The notes: generated by a model not told the origin, from the sequence alone. 64,000 nt of DNA from Paraspadella gotoi (GCA_051294375.1 CM119271.1:9104120-9168119); one strand, 5' to 3'. Positions 36,164-50,535 are shown, numbered from the stretch's first letter. Numbers and translations are program-made.

Positions 36164-36588
36164 AAGAAAATACTTTTTAAATGGATAAAAAAGAAACCTT
36201 TCACCTGTTGGGGGGGGAAAAAAAAAGATTTAAAGCGCAATTATTTGTGTTCTTGACTTTAATAAATCTTTTTGAAAAGATTTCATAGATTCTATAGACA
36301 TTTGTTATTTTATACAATCCAGCTTAAATTAGGTTTTATATTAATGTTGGTGCTTTTTTACAGCATTTGTTCCTTTTTACCGCTAATAATTCCGTTGTTC
36401 GTAATTATAATTCTTTTGGTTTGTTTTTGTTTGGTTGATTAGCGATAGGCGTCCTTGTGGCGTCAGCCACGAAACCTGATAACAGTGACTAAGCCTGACC
36501 ATTGACCAATCCCGATGCTCATTTGTTAGTTTGAACTCGGTATTTTGCATCATGCGCCGCTTGAGGCGCTGCGTCCTTTCCTTCCGCC

Positions 36589-39378
36589 ATGAAAGCCTCT
36601 CCCCCAGCGTCGGAACCAGCAGCCACCGCCAGTGACGCAGCGGGCGACGATTCAGCCGCCGCAGGAGACGCCGCCACGGATTCACGGCGAAGCGTCGAAG
36701 CTTCGGACCCATCGTCTTCTCCTTCATTGATTCGCGAGAATAACCACCACGACAGCAGCTCCAACGGTCACAGCGCGGAGAACGGCGGATCATCCAACGG
36801 CTTTCACCCGGAGCGCCGACTCGCCGAGTCTCATCCGCTCTTGCCGGACTCTACCCCTTCGGCGACGCCGACCGATGCCTCCGTTTCCGGCGTTTCTTTC
36901 GGCGATTCCATCTCCGTCCCAGAACCTCCACCGCCTCGCCGCTCTCCGGTGGTATCCTTGTCGCCGCCGGATTCGGAGACCGACGTCGGCGCCGTCGTTG
37001 AACCGCCGCGGAGTCTGGCCCGTCTTCCGCCCTCTTCCGCCTTTTGCCCGATCGAGCTTTCGCCCGACACTCCCACGACGCCGCCCTACCCGCCGGCCAA
37101 CGATCTACCGCCGCCAACGCTCCGAGTTGAGGCGCTGGTTCACGTTTCGGGAATCGAAGAGAAAGGTAAAGACTAAAAAGTCTGTCACGACTATAGTTAT
37201 CAATCGAGTGAAACTTTTTTTTTTATCCCCACAATTTAATTTTATTTTTAGGTCCTGAGCTAGAAGAGATCGACGGCGAGCAGGAGAAGCCTGCCGAAAT
37301 AATACCCGAGGAACAGGTAGCTTATTTTCTATTTTAATTATTTCTATTTCACGGTTATCGTTTCATTATTCTCACCGACCCGCAGTCGTCCGCGGTACCC
37401 TCACCCGCCAGCGCCGACTCGACCGCTCCTTCAGCCGCTAGCGCCGACTCGACCGCTCCTTCAGCCGCCAGCGCCGACTCGACCGCTCCTTCAGCTCCCG
37501 CCGTCTCGGCCTCTCCGGCCGTCCGTCCTAAGAACTCTCCTCGACAAGTCTCCAACTCGTCGCCGTCTCACCTCCGACCACATATCTCTTCTCATCATCG
37601 TCCTCGACATATCTCTTCTTCGCCTCCATCCCGTCCCCGTCACGCCTCATCTTCTTCCTCCTCATCGCCGCCTCCGCAGTGTCGCCTTTCGTCGGCCGGA
37701 TCCGCGGAATCCGAAGCCTCCAACACTTCCCTCGCCTCGCCCAAAAGGTTAAACCGCCCTTTTTTTTCTGACTTTCCATTTTTAGGCAGCTTTATTTTCT
37801 TCCCCATTTCATTTCTTTGTTTTTTTAGTTTTTTTTGCCTTTTTGAGTTCTTCTTTTCCTTTTGTTTCATTCTCCTTTTTTTTTCTTTCTAACTATCCCT
37901 TTTATTACAGACGCCAATTGTTAAACCGACCCTTAACGTCGCTCGTCGTTGTCGACGTCGTCGCCTCCTCGAAGGAATTGTTCGAATCGTTCGAAGGCGC
38001 GAATTACAGGTAAGGGCACGACAATATTCTTAACCCTAATCAATTTCTTCACCGTCAATCGATCCCTCCCAGTTTCGACTCGCTTCCCGGGGTCGACGAC
38101 CTTAACAACTTCGAGATGCCTCACGCCAAGAAGATGATCTCCGCCAAGCAAACCTTCCAGGTACCGAATCGAGGGATGCTTTCATTCAACGACGTTCACT
38201 GTTCAACAGTTCACTGTTCACTGTTGAACAGTGTTCATACTTTAGATCTCCAGTTGCATATTGTTTTGTTGCAAATGCTTGCATTTTTAAGACAACGGCC
38301 GAAGCTAGTCCAACGGAAGAACTGCCCGGATGGCACTCTTCTTTGGCCCAACGCAGCCTCAAATACCTGGACGCGCCTTTATCCTCCGCCTACGAAGATC
38401 CACCGGTCACCTTTGGTGCGCCCGTAGAAAAAGGCCTTTGGGGTCGGAGCGGCGACTGGGAGTTGAAGACGGGAACTGGGGCCCCTGTTAAGGTGAGGGG
38501 TCGCGGGGGGAGGCTATAAATCTGGTTGATAGATTAACAGATTGTTGTGGGCAGTGCGTGGCACAGAAGAATGTTCTTTCCCAATTTCATTGGTTTATTT
38601 ATCCTCCAGGGGCCCGAAGCTCGTTCCGTGGCGGCGGCGATGGCGGCAATGTTGTACGAGGAAGGCTACTCGGATATTCTCCCGCCGCAGGTCGGGGCTT
38701 CATCGGAGCTGAGGTCCCTTCAGGTGAGATGACAAGAATTTTCTTTTTCTCGGTTAACATTTTCCTTTTTGTTGAATAAACTACTGTAGTTATTTAGATC
38801 TACATCTTCCCCTGAGAGAATGATACTTATTACTTAATCACGATTGCTTCTCGCTCAAACTTTTATCAATAAGCATCCCAATCACAAGTCCAACCATTTC
38901 TGGAATGAGGTTCACTACTTTATTTCTAAAATATTTTTAACTAATCGCCCCACTCCAGTCCAACGAAAATGAGTCTCCCACTTCCCATCACTCTGGCCCG
39001 CGAACGCCCGAGGACGACGACGCCGGCGACGAGGAATTGTGGAAGCGTAAGTGCGGCGTCCTTTCGGGGAATCTCGTGGTGAACGGCTCGGGTCCCGTTC
39101 TGCCCACTCTGCATCCTGAAATGCAGGAGAACTTTCCAAGGCTGCCCACGGCGAGGTTCGTGAAACTTTGACCGAGAAGTGATTGATTAATTAATTAACA
39201 AGTAATTCTGATTTCCTTCTTTTACAGGGACATGTACGAGCGCGATCTCGCTGGCGATATCTCCGAAACCGACTGCGACTCCCTTTCCTTACGACGTCGT
39301 CTGCCGTCGGAAGACTTCAAGATCTTCTCGGGTCCTTCCACGCCGGACGAACCGCCCCCCACCGCCTTTCACGAGTGA
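36589..39378 (+). CDS. Uncharacterised Ser/Pro/Ala-rich multi-exon protein
   Basis: Phase-compatible exons 36589-37165, 37252-37316, ~37386-37747, ~37911-38009, ~38073-38160, ~38292-38492, ~38610-38743, ~38959-39156 and ~39228-39378. No domain recognised. Confidence 0.75.
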
Positions 39379-40749
39379 AGACGGGTATTCTAAGCTTTTG
39401 TCCTGAAGCTCTTTAGACTATGAAGTGTTTCGTGTGTTGGAAGGTTGAGTGGAAGGAAAGTTAATTGAAGGAGACTGGTTCAATTTATGGCGACATGGCC
39501 GAAGTCAATATGTGAGGCTCCCCCCGTGAAATACTCCGTGACCATAAAAATTTAGCGTAGCTCCCCTCTATTTGTAGACACTACTATATTATTCCTAGTC
39601 TTGTAATTTTTATTTTACCGTTTTAGGCTTTTTTACGATTTTACGTTATTTTACTTGTGTTAGAATTATTTTCCATGCTTAGTTTACCGGATCGTATTTA
39701 GTGATGTTGCCAGGTAATTTTGTTTTGGCTCCCCTATCTCGCTATACTCTATCGCTTGCCTTTCTTAATCTAGTCAAAATTGACGTTATTACATAAACTT
39801 TTCATTCCAGTATCGTTTTATTATTTTTGCGAGCGAGACTCTCCTCGCTCAAAACTTAAAACGCGCACACAGTCCTCTTTCTCGCTCTATGCAAAGATCT
39901 CGATCTCGTTTTATTTGGGTCACTCTGAAATGCCTTTAGCTTTACGTCCCTACAGTTCATGGAGTATACTTAAGTACGTACAATGATAAAACACATTTTG
40001 TAACTTTTTATAGACCAATTCTATTTCATATCTAGGAACAAAAAACTCCCGGTTGATAGTTTTTAAATTGACTTCATGAGCTGGTATGTGTTTCGCGTCA
40101 TATATTTCGACAAATACTCCTTTCTTTGTTATTATTTTGCCGCGCTATTTACAAAACTGTTAAAATATATATTTCATTACATATCAAAAATGAAATTTGT
40201 CATGATTTTCTTACCAAACATTTTTTATAACTTTCATCTAGTTAGAGGTTGTCTGATTACATATCATTCTTGAATCTTGATATGGAGTTATATACTATGT
40301 CATTTTCTTGTAAGAGTGATGGAGGCCTTAAACCACCAAAGCCTGTCCAAAGTCAGGGGCAAGATAGCTTATTTATTGAATGAATGGATAATTTTTATAT
40401 TGGTTGTACCAATTTCATACTCAATGGAGTTGAACTGCCCTGCGATCATAGGAATTTATGAATGTTGTTCATTTGGAAATTCTCCGCGAGGAGGAGCCAG
40501 GAAAAGCGAGAAGCGAGAAGCCAGAAATAAGTGGATCAAATCAGCAGACGGAAATCTCTACATTTTTTTTGCCCTTGCTCCTTGGTTTTGTTAAATCAGT
40601 CCATAACCCATTGTTATAGTCATGCATCCGGTGTAAATACCGAGAATTCGAACGATCGATGCGCAGGAAAGGCTCGTCGACGGCATTCTCCGCCTCAACG
40701 CGGAAAGTTCTCCCTCGATGACTTAGTCCGCTTTAGAATTTCTCTGAAG

Positions 40750-41733
40750 ATGAACGCGCTGACAACGGCCTCCCCCGCCGTGTATCTCGACGTTGAAGCT
40801 TTTATGCGACGCGTCAAGGTCGGCGTGAAAGACGGAAATGTCAGGATGTTGGGAATGAAGCGTTAGATTACTTTTGACTTTTTGATCAAGCCGAGGACAT
40901 TATGACAATGTTCGTTACTAGGCTACCGACGCCGACGTTGACGACGGCCGACTCTTTCGCATCGACGGATTCATTTTCGCCGACGCGACGGACGCTTCCG
41001 GTAAGGGAGATTTTATGTCGGCTCCAACGTCAAACGAGTCGCGCATAAGAGAAAAGTCATCCTCCTTCCAGGCTTCGTCTGGATTCTCTCCTCGACCAAC
41101 GACTCCGCCGAGGCCGTCGGCACTAAAGCGAGGATCGACACTCGGAAGATCGCGTCGTGGCCCCCGGACGTCGTCGACGGCAGTTTGGTGCAAGTCGTCG
41201 GCCATGCGGACGGGACAGGGTGAGATTCCCTTGTGGAAAACTGACAGCTAACGACTCTAGGAACTTCTCATTTCATCTATTGTTCTGTCTCTCGAACAGC
41301 ACAGACGATCTCAGCGCCGTGTCCATCGTCAAAGTGGGTGACATGAACACTGTCGCCGATATGAAGATGCTTCAAGAATCTTTCCGACGAATGAAGGAGT
41401 TTTTGGAGGTAGTCGGAGTCACCGTTCGTGATTGTTGCTATTTTCTGGTGACGAAACTGACCTACTTTCTGACGCTAGGCGCCTCGGCCGAACATTTTAA
41501 GTTTGACGGAGCGTTGCGATAGGATGTACGGCGGGGAGAAAAAGTCGAACCCCGAGAAAGTCCATGACGAATCTTCCATAAGCTCCGCCGGGGCTGCCGG
41601 GGCTGCCGCGACCGCTTCTGCCTCTGCCCGCCACGTCTCCGCCTCTTTACCTCAAACTAACTCGTTCCGTAGCGTCGCCTCTAAGAATTGCGGGCAATTC
41701 AGCGGGAGACAAAGAACTGCGCCTTCTCAGTGA
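40750..41733 (+). CDS. TEN1: CST complex subunit TEN1-like OB-fold protein
   Basis: Exons 40750-40818, 40922-41000, 41072-41219, 41300-41408 and 41479-41733. DGRLFRIDG, ARIDTRKI…DGSLVQVVG and DMKMLQESFRRMKEFL parallel human TEN1 (DGSTLRTFG, VLVCTKLV…VGSLYIVLG, NLPLLEQAIREQRLY). Confidence 0.7.
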
Positions 41734-41907
41734 ATTTCTTTATTTTTTTTTATACTATGATCATGCCATTTGCCTTCTGAAGATCGTTACCAGGATTGCG
41801 TTTTTGGTTCGTTTTTTTTTTAACCCTTATTTTACATGTTATATGTTTAGGATATAAACAAACTAACAGTACCCCTTCAAAAAGAATAAAACAAAGCAAA
41901 AACTTAA

Positions 41908-42644
<737 letters not shown>

Positions 42645-43567
42645 CGACTGTGAACACTGAACAGACGTGGATCTCACGACCTGGAACGAGTTTTCTACAT
42701 ACGTTTTCCCGCCTACTACAACAACAACAACAACAATTATCCTTTCTCATCTCATGTCCGTCCTGCTGTCGTCTAGAGATATACCTTTTCCGCCCCCTGC
42801 CCTGCTTCCCTCGTCTATTCTAATTTTTCGTGGCCATTTTGTCCACATTGTTCGCCGTTTAGTTTTGGCTCACGATATTTAGTGATAAAGGATAGTTTTT
42901 CATGTAAAGTTCCAGTACCTCCTTGGTACTGTACTGTATTGCACGTCCCTTTATCGCACCGGCCATTATTTGTATTTTTCACATCATTTTTGGCGTGGTT
43001 TGACGACAAATTTACGTTTGGGAAATATATTTGCGAGTATTTCTTGAATTTTCAAAAACGTTCCAAGCAACGTCTTGTAGATGTACTATCTAGTCATTCC
43101 ATTATTTAAAAATTCCTTTATTTTTATATTTTAAACCAAAAAGTTGCCTTAGATTTTGAAGATAAATTTATATTTGGAATCCGTTCAAAAAACCAGCATT
43201 ACCAAACTTCATTTTTGTTTTCAATTTATTGATAAGTCAAACGCTATGTTGACGGGTGTGGCGTAATTTTAGCGTCAAGTAAAAAAACTGTTTCGAATTC
43301 GCCAGCTACCCTGCAACGTTTATTTTTCTCTCCCGCTATCTAATTAGAGAGCACTTTTTCGCAAAGGGTCCTTTAATCTATTTTGCAGAAAGGCGACGTC
43401 AGCATTTTTAAAATGCGAAACGAAGGCAGCGTAATCTAAAGCTATGATTATTCACGGGAGAATCGAGGGATAGACTCCTTAAAAAATGTCCCTCTCGCTC
43501 ATTCCCTCTCCCATTCCACACTAACTGTCCCCTGTCCTCAACTTATCCCGCACCATCCCAAAAAAAA

Positions 43568-46252
43568 ATGGCGACCGGCGACGATGACCAAGGCGACATA
43601 TTCGAGGAGCTTAACCTCGGCGTTCAAAACGACGCCGACCCTTTGGCAACAACGCCGGTCCACGATTCGAATTCTGCGTCGGGACTTGACGGCGCCATCG
43701 TGGGAGAACCTGCGCCCCCCAATGACGCCCCCGAAGTCGGCGCGAAGGTCCCTCCGGACGACAATCCCTTCTCGTTCAAGAAATTCCTTCAAGGTTTGAT
43801 ATTTTTAGGGGGGCAAAAGTGAAAGTATTAATTAACATTCGGACAGTCTCTCGTTGATTTTGCTCTTTCCACGCCTCTCAGGTAAAGTGCCTTCGCCGTC
43901 GGTAGATCTCAACAATTCTCATTCCTCTCTGCCTCAACCTCCTCCGATCTCTCGCGATCTCGACCCCGACCTCAAACAGGAGGGTCGGGGATCCTCGAGC
44001 AAGAAGCCGGACCGCGACGACCCGCTCGACGCTCGTGGCGGCTTGGAATCTCTCAACAAAAAGGCCGACGACAATCCCTTCTCTTTCAAAAAGTTTCTCA
44101 ATTCCGCTCCGGACGCCGTCGTCACGCGGCCGAAGGTCTTTTAGTTTTATAATGTTGCTTTTCTTGTATATCTCTGCCAGAGAACAAAAGCTTTAAACGA
44201 TTATCTTATCAGAGATTTTAGTGGCTAATTTTGAATGCCAATGTGAAATCTGACCCTTTACTTGAAGAGGCGACATTAATTGGATCGGAGTTTCTCTGCT
44301 TTAAAGTCGTTTTCTGCCTCTTTCAAGGTTAAAGTCAACTCTACCCTGGCCAACGGGCATCAACTCAACTCCGTTTTCGATCCAAGCGTCCCGCCCGATC
44401 TCGCCTCGGGTCTGCCCGTTTTTACTCCGCCCTCGACTCTCGAATCATCCTCCTCCTCCTCTTCCTCCTCTCTCCGCGCCGACGATCCTCTCCGCGCCGA
44501 CGCGTTGCCCGATTTCGCCGTCGACTCCACCTCAGCCGCCCGACGCCTCTCCTCGCACTCTTCGTCCGGGATGACGTCGCCATCGACGCCGCGGGGCGCC
44601 AGCCTGCGACTCCCGACGTTGGACGGCGTGCTCGGAGGAGAGGGCGGCGCCGCTGGGGGCGTGGCGGGGGCGGCGTCGTCTCCTCGATCGTCTTCGAGTC
44701 CTTCGCTTAACGAAGGTCGGAGGGACGTCAGGGCGAATAGAAGAAAGGACGAAGATTTTCTTGAAGCTTCTTATCCTCAGGTTCGGTTTTTTTCACTACA
44801 TCCTTCTTTCCTCCTTACCTCCCTTTCATTCTTCTTTCTTTTCTCCCTTTTCCCCTTCCTCCTTTACTTTCTTCCTTCCTCTCTTCCTTCTCTCCGGCCT
44901 CCCTTTTTTATTCCGCTCTTTTACTTCTTCTAGTTCTATTCTACTTTTCTTTCCTTTCCTTTCCTTTCCTTTCCCTTCCTTCATCTTCTGCCTCCACTTT
45001 TTCTCAGGAAATCAAGGAAGTTAAGGGACGCCTTCCGGACTTTCTCTCCGACGCCGCGGAAGCATTGAACGCCGCGTCTCCCGGCGTCGTCATCGACGTC
45101 GATGACGCCGACGACGACGCCGCCGCCGAAGAGTCCCGGTTCCAACTCCCGTCCTTTTCCTCGGATCTCTCCTCGCCGGAAGAGACGAGATCCACGTCCG
45201 TCGCTCTCGGTGGAGAAGGGTAAGTAAAGTGGATGAGTCTCATTTTCTAACTTTCCCAACTCTTCGTTTACTTTTCTCTTCTTGGTCCTCAGGGAAACCT
45301 TCTCGTCCGTCCGCAAGCAACTGTCGCACGAGAAGAGAAAAGTGCAAGAGTTGGAGCGAAAGTTGGAGAGACTGCGGACCTCGGACCGAGAGACGACTGA
45401 CTCGCTGGAGAAGATGATCCAAAAGTAAGTTGAAGAAAAATGAAAACCGAATACATGCATTCAGTCCTGCGCCGTTTTCTTGTATACAGACGCGCTCGAG
45501 ACATTGATTATTTATTAGTATTTAATATTTCTACGATTATACCTGTTTCGTTCTGCCCTTTCTTTGTCAGCGTGGAGGAAAATCTGGCGCGGACGACTCG
45601 ACGCGCAGTCGGCGCCGAATCGACCAACGCGCGACTCCGGGACGAGGCGAAGGAAATGAGGAGGAGGATCGAGTTTTTGGAACGAGAGAACGCGAGGTTG
45701 AGAGGGGGAGGAGACCCGGGTGAGTTTTTTGAGGTCGTTTAGGAAAGAGAAAATTATTTAAAATTAATATTTAATAATTATTTTAATATTAAAAATTGAT
45801 AATTTTACCGTTACTGTCTAGCGGACGATACGAGTTCCCAAAGTCTCGCCATCGCCAAGCAAATCATCTCCTCCGCCGACAACGCCGAACAAATGCTGAA
45901 ACAATTGATCTCAGGTGATTCGTCAATGGTAAAAGTATTATATAGTTATTTTGAGAGTAGTAGTAACAATTTTCACCCTTATTTCTCAGGCGTCACCGCG
46001 GTGCGAACGCTCGGCCAATCCCTCGCCTCGATGCAAAAGTTCGAGGACGTAACGCCAGACGGTGCCTCTTCCTTCGGCCGTCGCGGTGGGAAAGGCGCCG
46101 CCTTCGACCGCCGGCGCTGGGACGCTGAGGCGGAGAGCGCCGCGGACGCCGAGTACGGCGCCGTGGGCGGAATCGTCGACGGCGACGTTTGGCCAGACTT
46201 CGACATCGACTTCGAAGACGCCGCCTTCGATTTTGACCGACAATCGAAATGA
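43568..46252 (+). CDS. ENTR1: Endosome-associated trafficking regulator 1 (SDCCAG3)-like
   Basis: About 8 exons. NPFSFKKFL (twice), LPDFLSD, coiled coil LEKMIQNVEENLARTTRRAVGAES, and AEQMLKQLISG. Confidence 0.8.
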
Positions 46253-46815
46253 CGGAGAGGAAATAAGACGCCGACAAGGCGGCGCCGCCTTCCGTAGCAA
46301 TTAAAAAAAACCTCCCATACCGCAACCGCTACTCGTATTTCGTATTTTTAATGTATCGAAATGTTTTTTGACCTTCATGCCTTACGTACGTAATAGGGAA
46401 AATTTATTTTTACGGCGAAATGGTGCCGAGATCCGTACCATCCCGGTATCAAACCGTTCCGGACTCGTTGTCCTTTTTTATCCACCACTATTTAAACTCC
46501 TCCGGGCGTCTTCCGCTAATTTACCACGCGTTTTTAATTTTAGGCATGATTTTTTTTTTGCTGCCCTCTACTTTCCTTTTTGGGCTCCCTCCCCCAATCA
46601 TCGCGCTCCGAAGTACTTGTAGATCATCGCTCATTTGTTATTAGAATTAGTCGATCAGAGATTCTTGAAATGATTTCGTTGTTCATTGTCTTTCTTACCC
46701 CCCCCCCGAAAATTCCCTTCCACTTCTACTTTTGACCGAAAAAAAACCCCGATTTCCTTGCTAGTTTTTTTAAAATTCATCTTTGACTGAATAGAGATAG
46801 AGACAGTCGGCGAAT

Positions 46816-47982
46816 ATGGCTTCCTTTCGCGCGGCGGCCTGCGCTGCCAGGGCCTTCTCCACCTCTGTCAGACAGGCGCAGCTCGTCAAGGCCCCGATAC
46901 AGGTGCGTCCAACGATGAAGGGGGTTAAGGGGATTCTGCGATGAAACGGGGAGCCTCATTATTAATCCATTCTTGTTACATCCTAATAGGTCTTCGGTCA
47001 AGAAGGTCGTTACGCGCACGCGCTCTACAGTGCGGCGGCAAAGACCTCGTCGCTGGAGAAGACCGAGCAAGATTTGGAGACCGTGTCCGAGTTAATGCGG
47101 TCTAATCCCGAGCTCAATACGTTTTTGATGAATCCCAGGTAACGAACTTTTTTTAATTTAACCAGTTCCATTAAGCAGCCGGCTTTTCTTTAATTAATTT
47201 CGTTGCCCTTGATAGTTATTTTGATCATTATTGATTAAATTCAACATTTCAGCGTCCAACGAAAAGAGAAAGCCGACCTTGTCAAATCGGTTCTGGAAAA
47301 TTCCAACGTTTCCCATTTGTGCAAGAACCTTTTCGTCGTCATGGCCGAAAACGGGGCGCTCAAAAAGGTTAGTTTATTTTTATTTTTTTATGTTTTAATC
47401 AAACTGAAATTGAGTTTTTCGAAATCGATTTTTGTAGTCAAACGCAATCATCTCTTCTTTCAACAAAATCATGCGCGCCCAACGGGGAGAGGTTGAAGTC
47501 GTGGTCACCACCGCCAAAAAGCTTAGGTAAATGTCTTAAAGACGTTTGTCATTTAGCCCAGGCCAGGCTGGGTACATTATCTGAAGTTTGTTTGCAATCG
47601 AATTTAAATCCTAACGCTTTATAAATTACCGTTCAAACATGTGCATTCAATTTTTTTTTTCGACAGCGCGGACCAGATGGACAATCTCAACGACGCCCTC
47701 AAAGGATTTCTGCAGCCCAACCAGGTCATTAAATTGACAACGGCCGTCGACGCCTCTCTCATTGGAGGCATGACTATCAGGCGAGTGGCTTTGCTTTTGT
47801 GTTACACTTGAAAACATTCAACAGCATTACATTTTTTCTTATCTTTAATTCTCATAATTTTCTTTTTTTAATTTGAGTTTATCGATGTTTTTCTTTTTTT
47901 CAGCATTGGCGATAAGTTCGTGGACATGTCGACGGCGAACAAGATGAAGACTTACACCAACTTGATAAACCAGTCGTTATAA
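46816..47982 (+). CDS. ATP5PO: Mitochondrial ATP synthase subunit O (OSCP)
   Basis: Exons 46816-46902, 46990-47138, 47253-47367, 47438-47526, 47667-47780 and 47904-47982. Transit peptide, APIQVFGQEGRYAHALYSAA, VDASLIGGMTISIGDKFVDMS. Confidence 0.96.
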
Positions 47983-48300
47983 CGAACTAAAAAAAAAAAC
48001 TGAGAAATGTGTTGGAGGTTCAATTGGAAGTTATTTTTGTTTCATGGAGAAAGATCACGTGAAAACACAAATTGTTGATTTTTAAATTTGTGTAAAAATT
48101 TTGTTTAATAAAATATTGACGTAATTTCAAATTTACTTTTCATTTGTCGCATGGCTATATTGTCCATCTGTACCGGTCTAGAAAGTGAGGGAATCGTCGG
48201 AACACAAAGAAAACCATCATTTTGTTCTATCATAGTACCTTTTATATTTCCCATGAGTCAATAATTTATAATACCAGGTCTCTTCCAGCCATTTTTCATC

Positions 48301-49719
48301 ATGAAGTGCATAGTCGCCGGACCGAACGTCAAAATCTTTGGCAAATCAATTCACACTTTGGCCAAAATCGGCGACGAACTTTACTTTGAACCTTTAGACT
48401 CTGGCCTCGCCGTCCGGACGGTCAACTCGAGTCGGTCCGCCTACGCCGGCTTCACCTTCGCGCCCTCTTTCTTCCTCAACTACGAGAACCGCCTCAGCCC
48501 GCCCGTCGACGGCGTGGAGAGATTCAAGGGCAAGATCGCCGTCCGCTCCGTGCTCTTCGTCTTCAAGCGCCTCGCCGATTTGGACAAGAGCGTGGAGCGA
48601 TGTGTAATCGAGAGCGACTTGGCCGAGTCGAGGGTCGTCTTCCGTCTCCAATGCAAATATGGGATCGTGAAGACGCACAAGTTGGCCTTTATCGAATCTG
48701 AGACGCTCGTCGTCAATCACGACAAGTCTACGGCTTCCAACCTGATCAAGTCCCACCCGCTCGTGCTCATAGACTCGGTGGCCTGCTTCCAGGGGGGCGT
48801 GGATGAGATCACCCTCGAGCCTCGCTTCGATCAGATGATCGTCCGCAACCACAGCGACGATCCGGATCCCGCCAAAACGACGACAGTTCGTTTCGCCGTT
48901 AATCCGGAAGAATTCGACGTCTACGCTCTCAAGGGTGGCGGCGGCGGCGGCGAAAACGGGGCGTCGACGAACGACGATCCGGTCGGCATCACGTTTTGCT
49001 TGAAGGAACTCCGCGCCCTCCTTTCCTTCGCCGAAACGTACGCCTCCACCGTCGCCGTCTACTTCGACGTCGCCGGCGAACCCATCGTCTTCTCCATCGA
49101 CTCTGATCCCGGATTCGAGGCGGAGTTTGTGCTTGCCACGACAGTCGAAGAGGTGGACTCCGCCGACGCCGATCGGTCACGACCCCTTCCACCTCCGGCT
49201 TTAAACTCGTCTCGAACCGGGGGGGCCCCGCCGCCTCCCGTTACGCGCGCCGTTTTGACGCAACGCAGTCAGAAAACTCGAGAACCCTCGCCAGCGAACG
49301 GGTCCGTCCGCGACGCGACAACGGCGCGAGCCGAAGACGCTTCATCTTCGGCCTCGAATCGATCCATCTTTTTGAATTCGGCGCGGACGGACGCCAAGCG
49401 AAAGGCCACTTTCCTCAAGTTGATCGGCGATGACGACGACGACGACATTCCTTATAATCCTCGCCTTACTCCTGCAGCTCCGACTGACGCGACCGAGGAG
49501 CCGCACGAGGCGCGGACGCGACCGACTGACCGACCGACGGAAGATTCTGACGAAGAGGTGCCGACGACGCCGCCTTCCACGCCCCCTAGCAAGAAGTTTC
49601 GCTTTTTAGTCGGGCTCGGCTCTCAATCCTCTCAAAACTCACTCAAGACTTTGACTTCGCAAAGAACTCAGAGGCGGGAATCCGCTGTACTGGCCGAGGA
49701 TTCTGAGGAAGATGATTGA
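48301..49719 (+). CDS. RAD9A: Cell-cycle checkpoint clamp subunit RAD9 (9-1-1), single coding exon
   Basis: 472-aa ORF: MKCIVAGPNVKIFGKSIHTLAKIGDELYFE…TVNSSRSAYA, ITFCLKELRA, C-terminal VLAEDSEED. Confidence 0.97.
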   Translation: MKCIVAGPNVKIFGKSIHTLAKIGDELYFEPLDSGLAVRTVNSSRSAYAGFTFAPSFFLNYENRLSPPVDGVERFKGKIAVRSVLFVFKRLADLDKSVERCVIESDLAESRVVFRLQCKYGIVKTHKLAFIESETLVVNHDKSTASNLIKSHPLVLIDSVACFQGGVDEITLEPRFDQMIVRNHSDDPDPAKTTTVRFAVNPEEFDVYALKGGGGGGENGASTNDDPVGITFCLKELRALLSFAETYASTVAVYFDVAGEPIVFSIDSDPGFEAEFVLATTVEEVDSADADRSRPLPPPALNSSRTGGAPPPPVTRAVLTQRSQKTREPSPANGSVRDATTARAEDASSSASNRSIFLNSARTDAKRKATFLKLIGDDDDDDIPYNPRLTPAAPTDATEEPHEARTRPTDRPTEDSDEEVPTTPPSTPPSKKFRFLVGLGSQSSQNSLKTLTSQRTQRRESAVLAEDSEEDD

Positions 49720-50535
49720 TTCCTTTGCCTTGGCTCTCTGTTTAGGATGTATTGGTTTTTGTTCGCCTTTTTACCGATTTACGTTTATTTTTTTTTTTAG
49801 ATACCAATTTCGTGGAGAATGCGGGATCTAAAGATATCACGCTCTGTTGACAGTAAACTGTTCCGGATCAGTAATTCGACGCTTTCCTGTCCCCCGAAAC
49901 GAGATATTGTAATTGTAAGCCTAAATATGTTGATGCAGCTTTCATCGTCGCTGCAGCCGCTGAGTCAGTGAGCTGCAATACTGCAGCTGGAACGATGTCG
50001 ACGACAAAAACAGGAAATATTATCGAACCTGCGGCGGAATCCTTTACTACTATCGCTAAGTTCTTTTGAAAATACATAGATGCTGTAGATCTAAAATGGT
50101 ATCTGGGCAAAAGTCTTTGCAAACGTGCACTCGTCAAGCTCTTCTTATGGATATTGAATAACTATCCTGTCCTGAGGAAATTACGTCCCAGATTTGAATA
50201 TTATGTAAGTACTTGGGCTGACATTTATAAATTAGATATACTTAGCAATGCTTAGTATAAGCATAAATGGGAATTAAAATATTTAAAGTTCATAGGCCAA
50301 AATTTTCGATTAGAATGAATAGATATTAAATCGCTTATCACGATTTCAAATATTTTTAGCCTTCTCTGTATATTTTCAATCGGAGTCTTACTACAGAAAA
50401 AGAAAACGTGAATCGAGATGCCCCATTTCCCTTTGTCCAAAAACCTCGTGGCTCCACAATCCACATAGTAACAGGGTTACCTTTGATCGATATCGGACTG
50501 AACAAAGGTTGAAGCTCTCGTTACTCGCATCAACT

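Noticed and set aside
50170-50400. CR1/L2-like RT tail fragments (LRPRFEYYVSTW; IENIQRR on the minus strand)
   Set aside because: Too short and degraded to call confidently.
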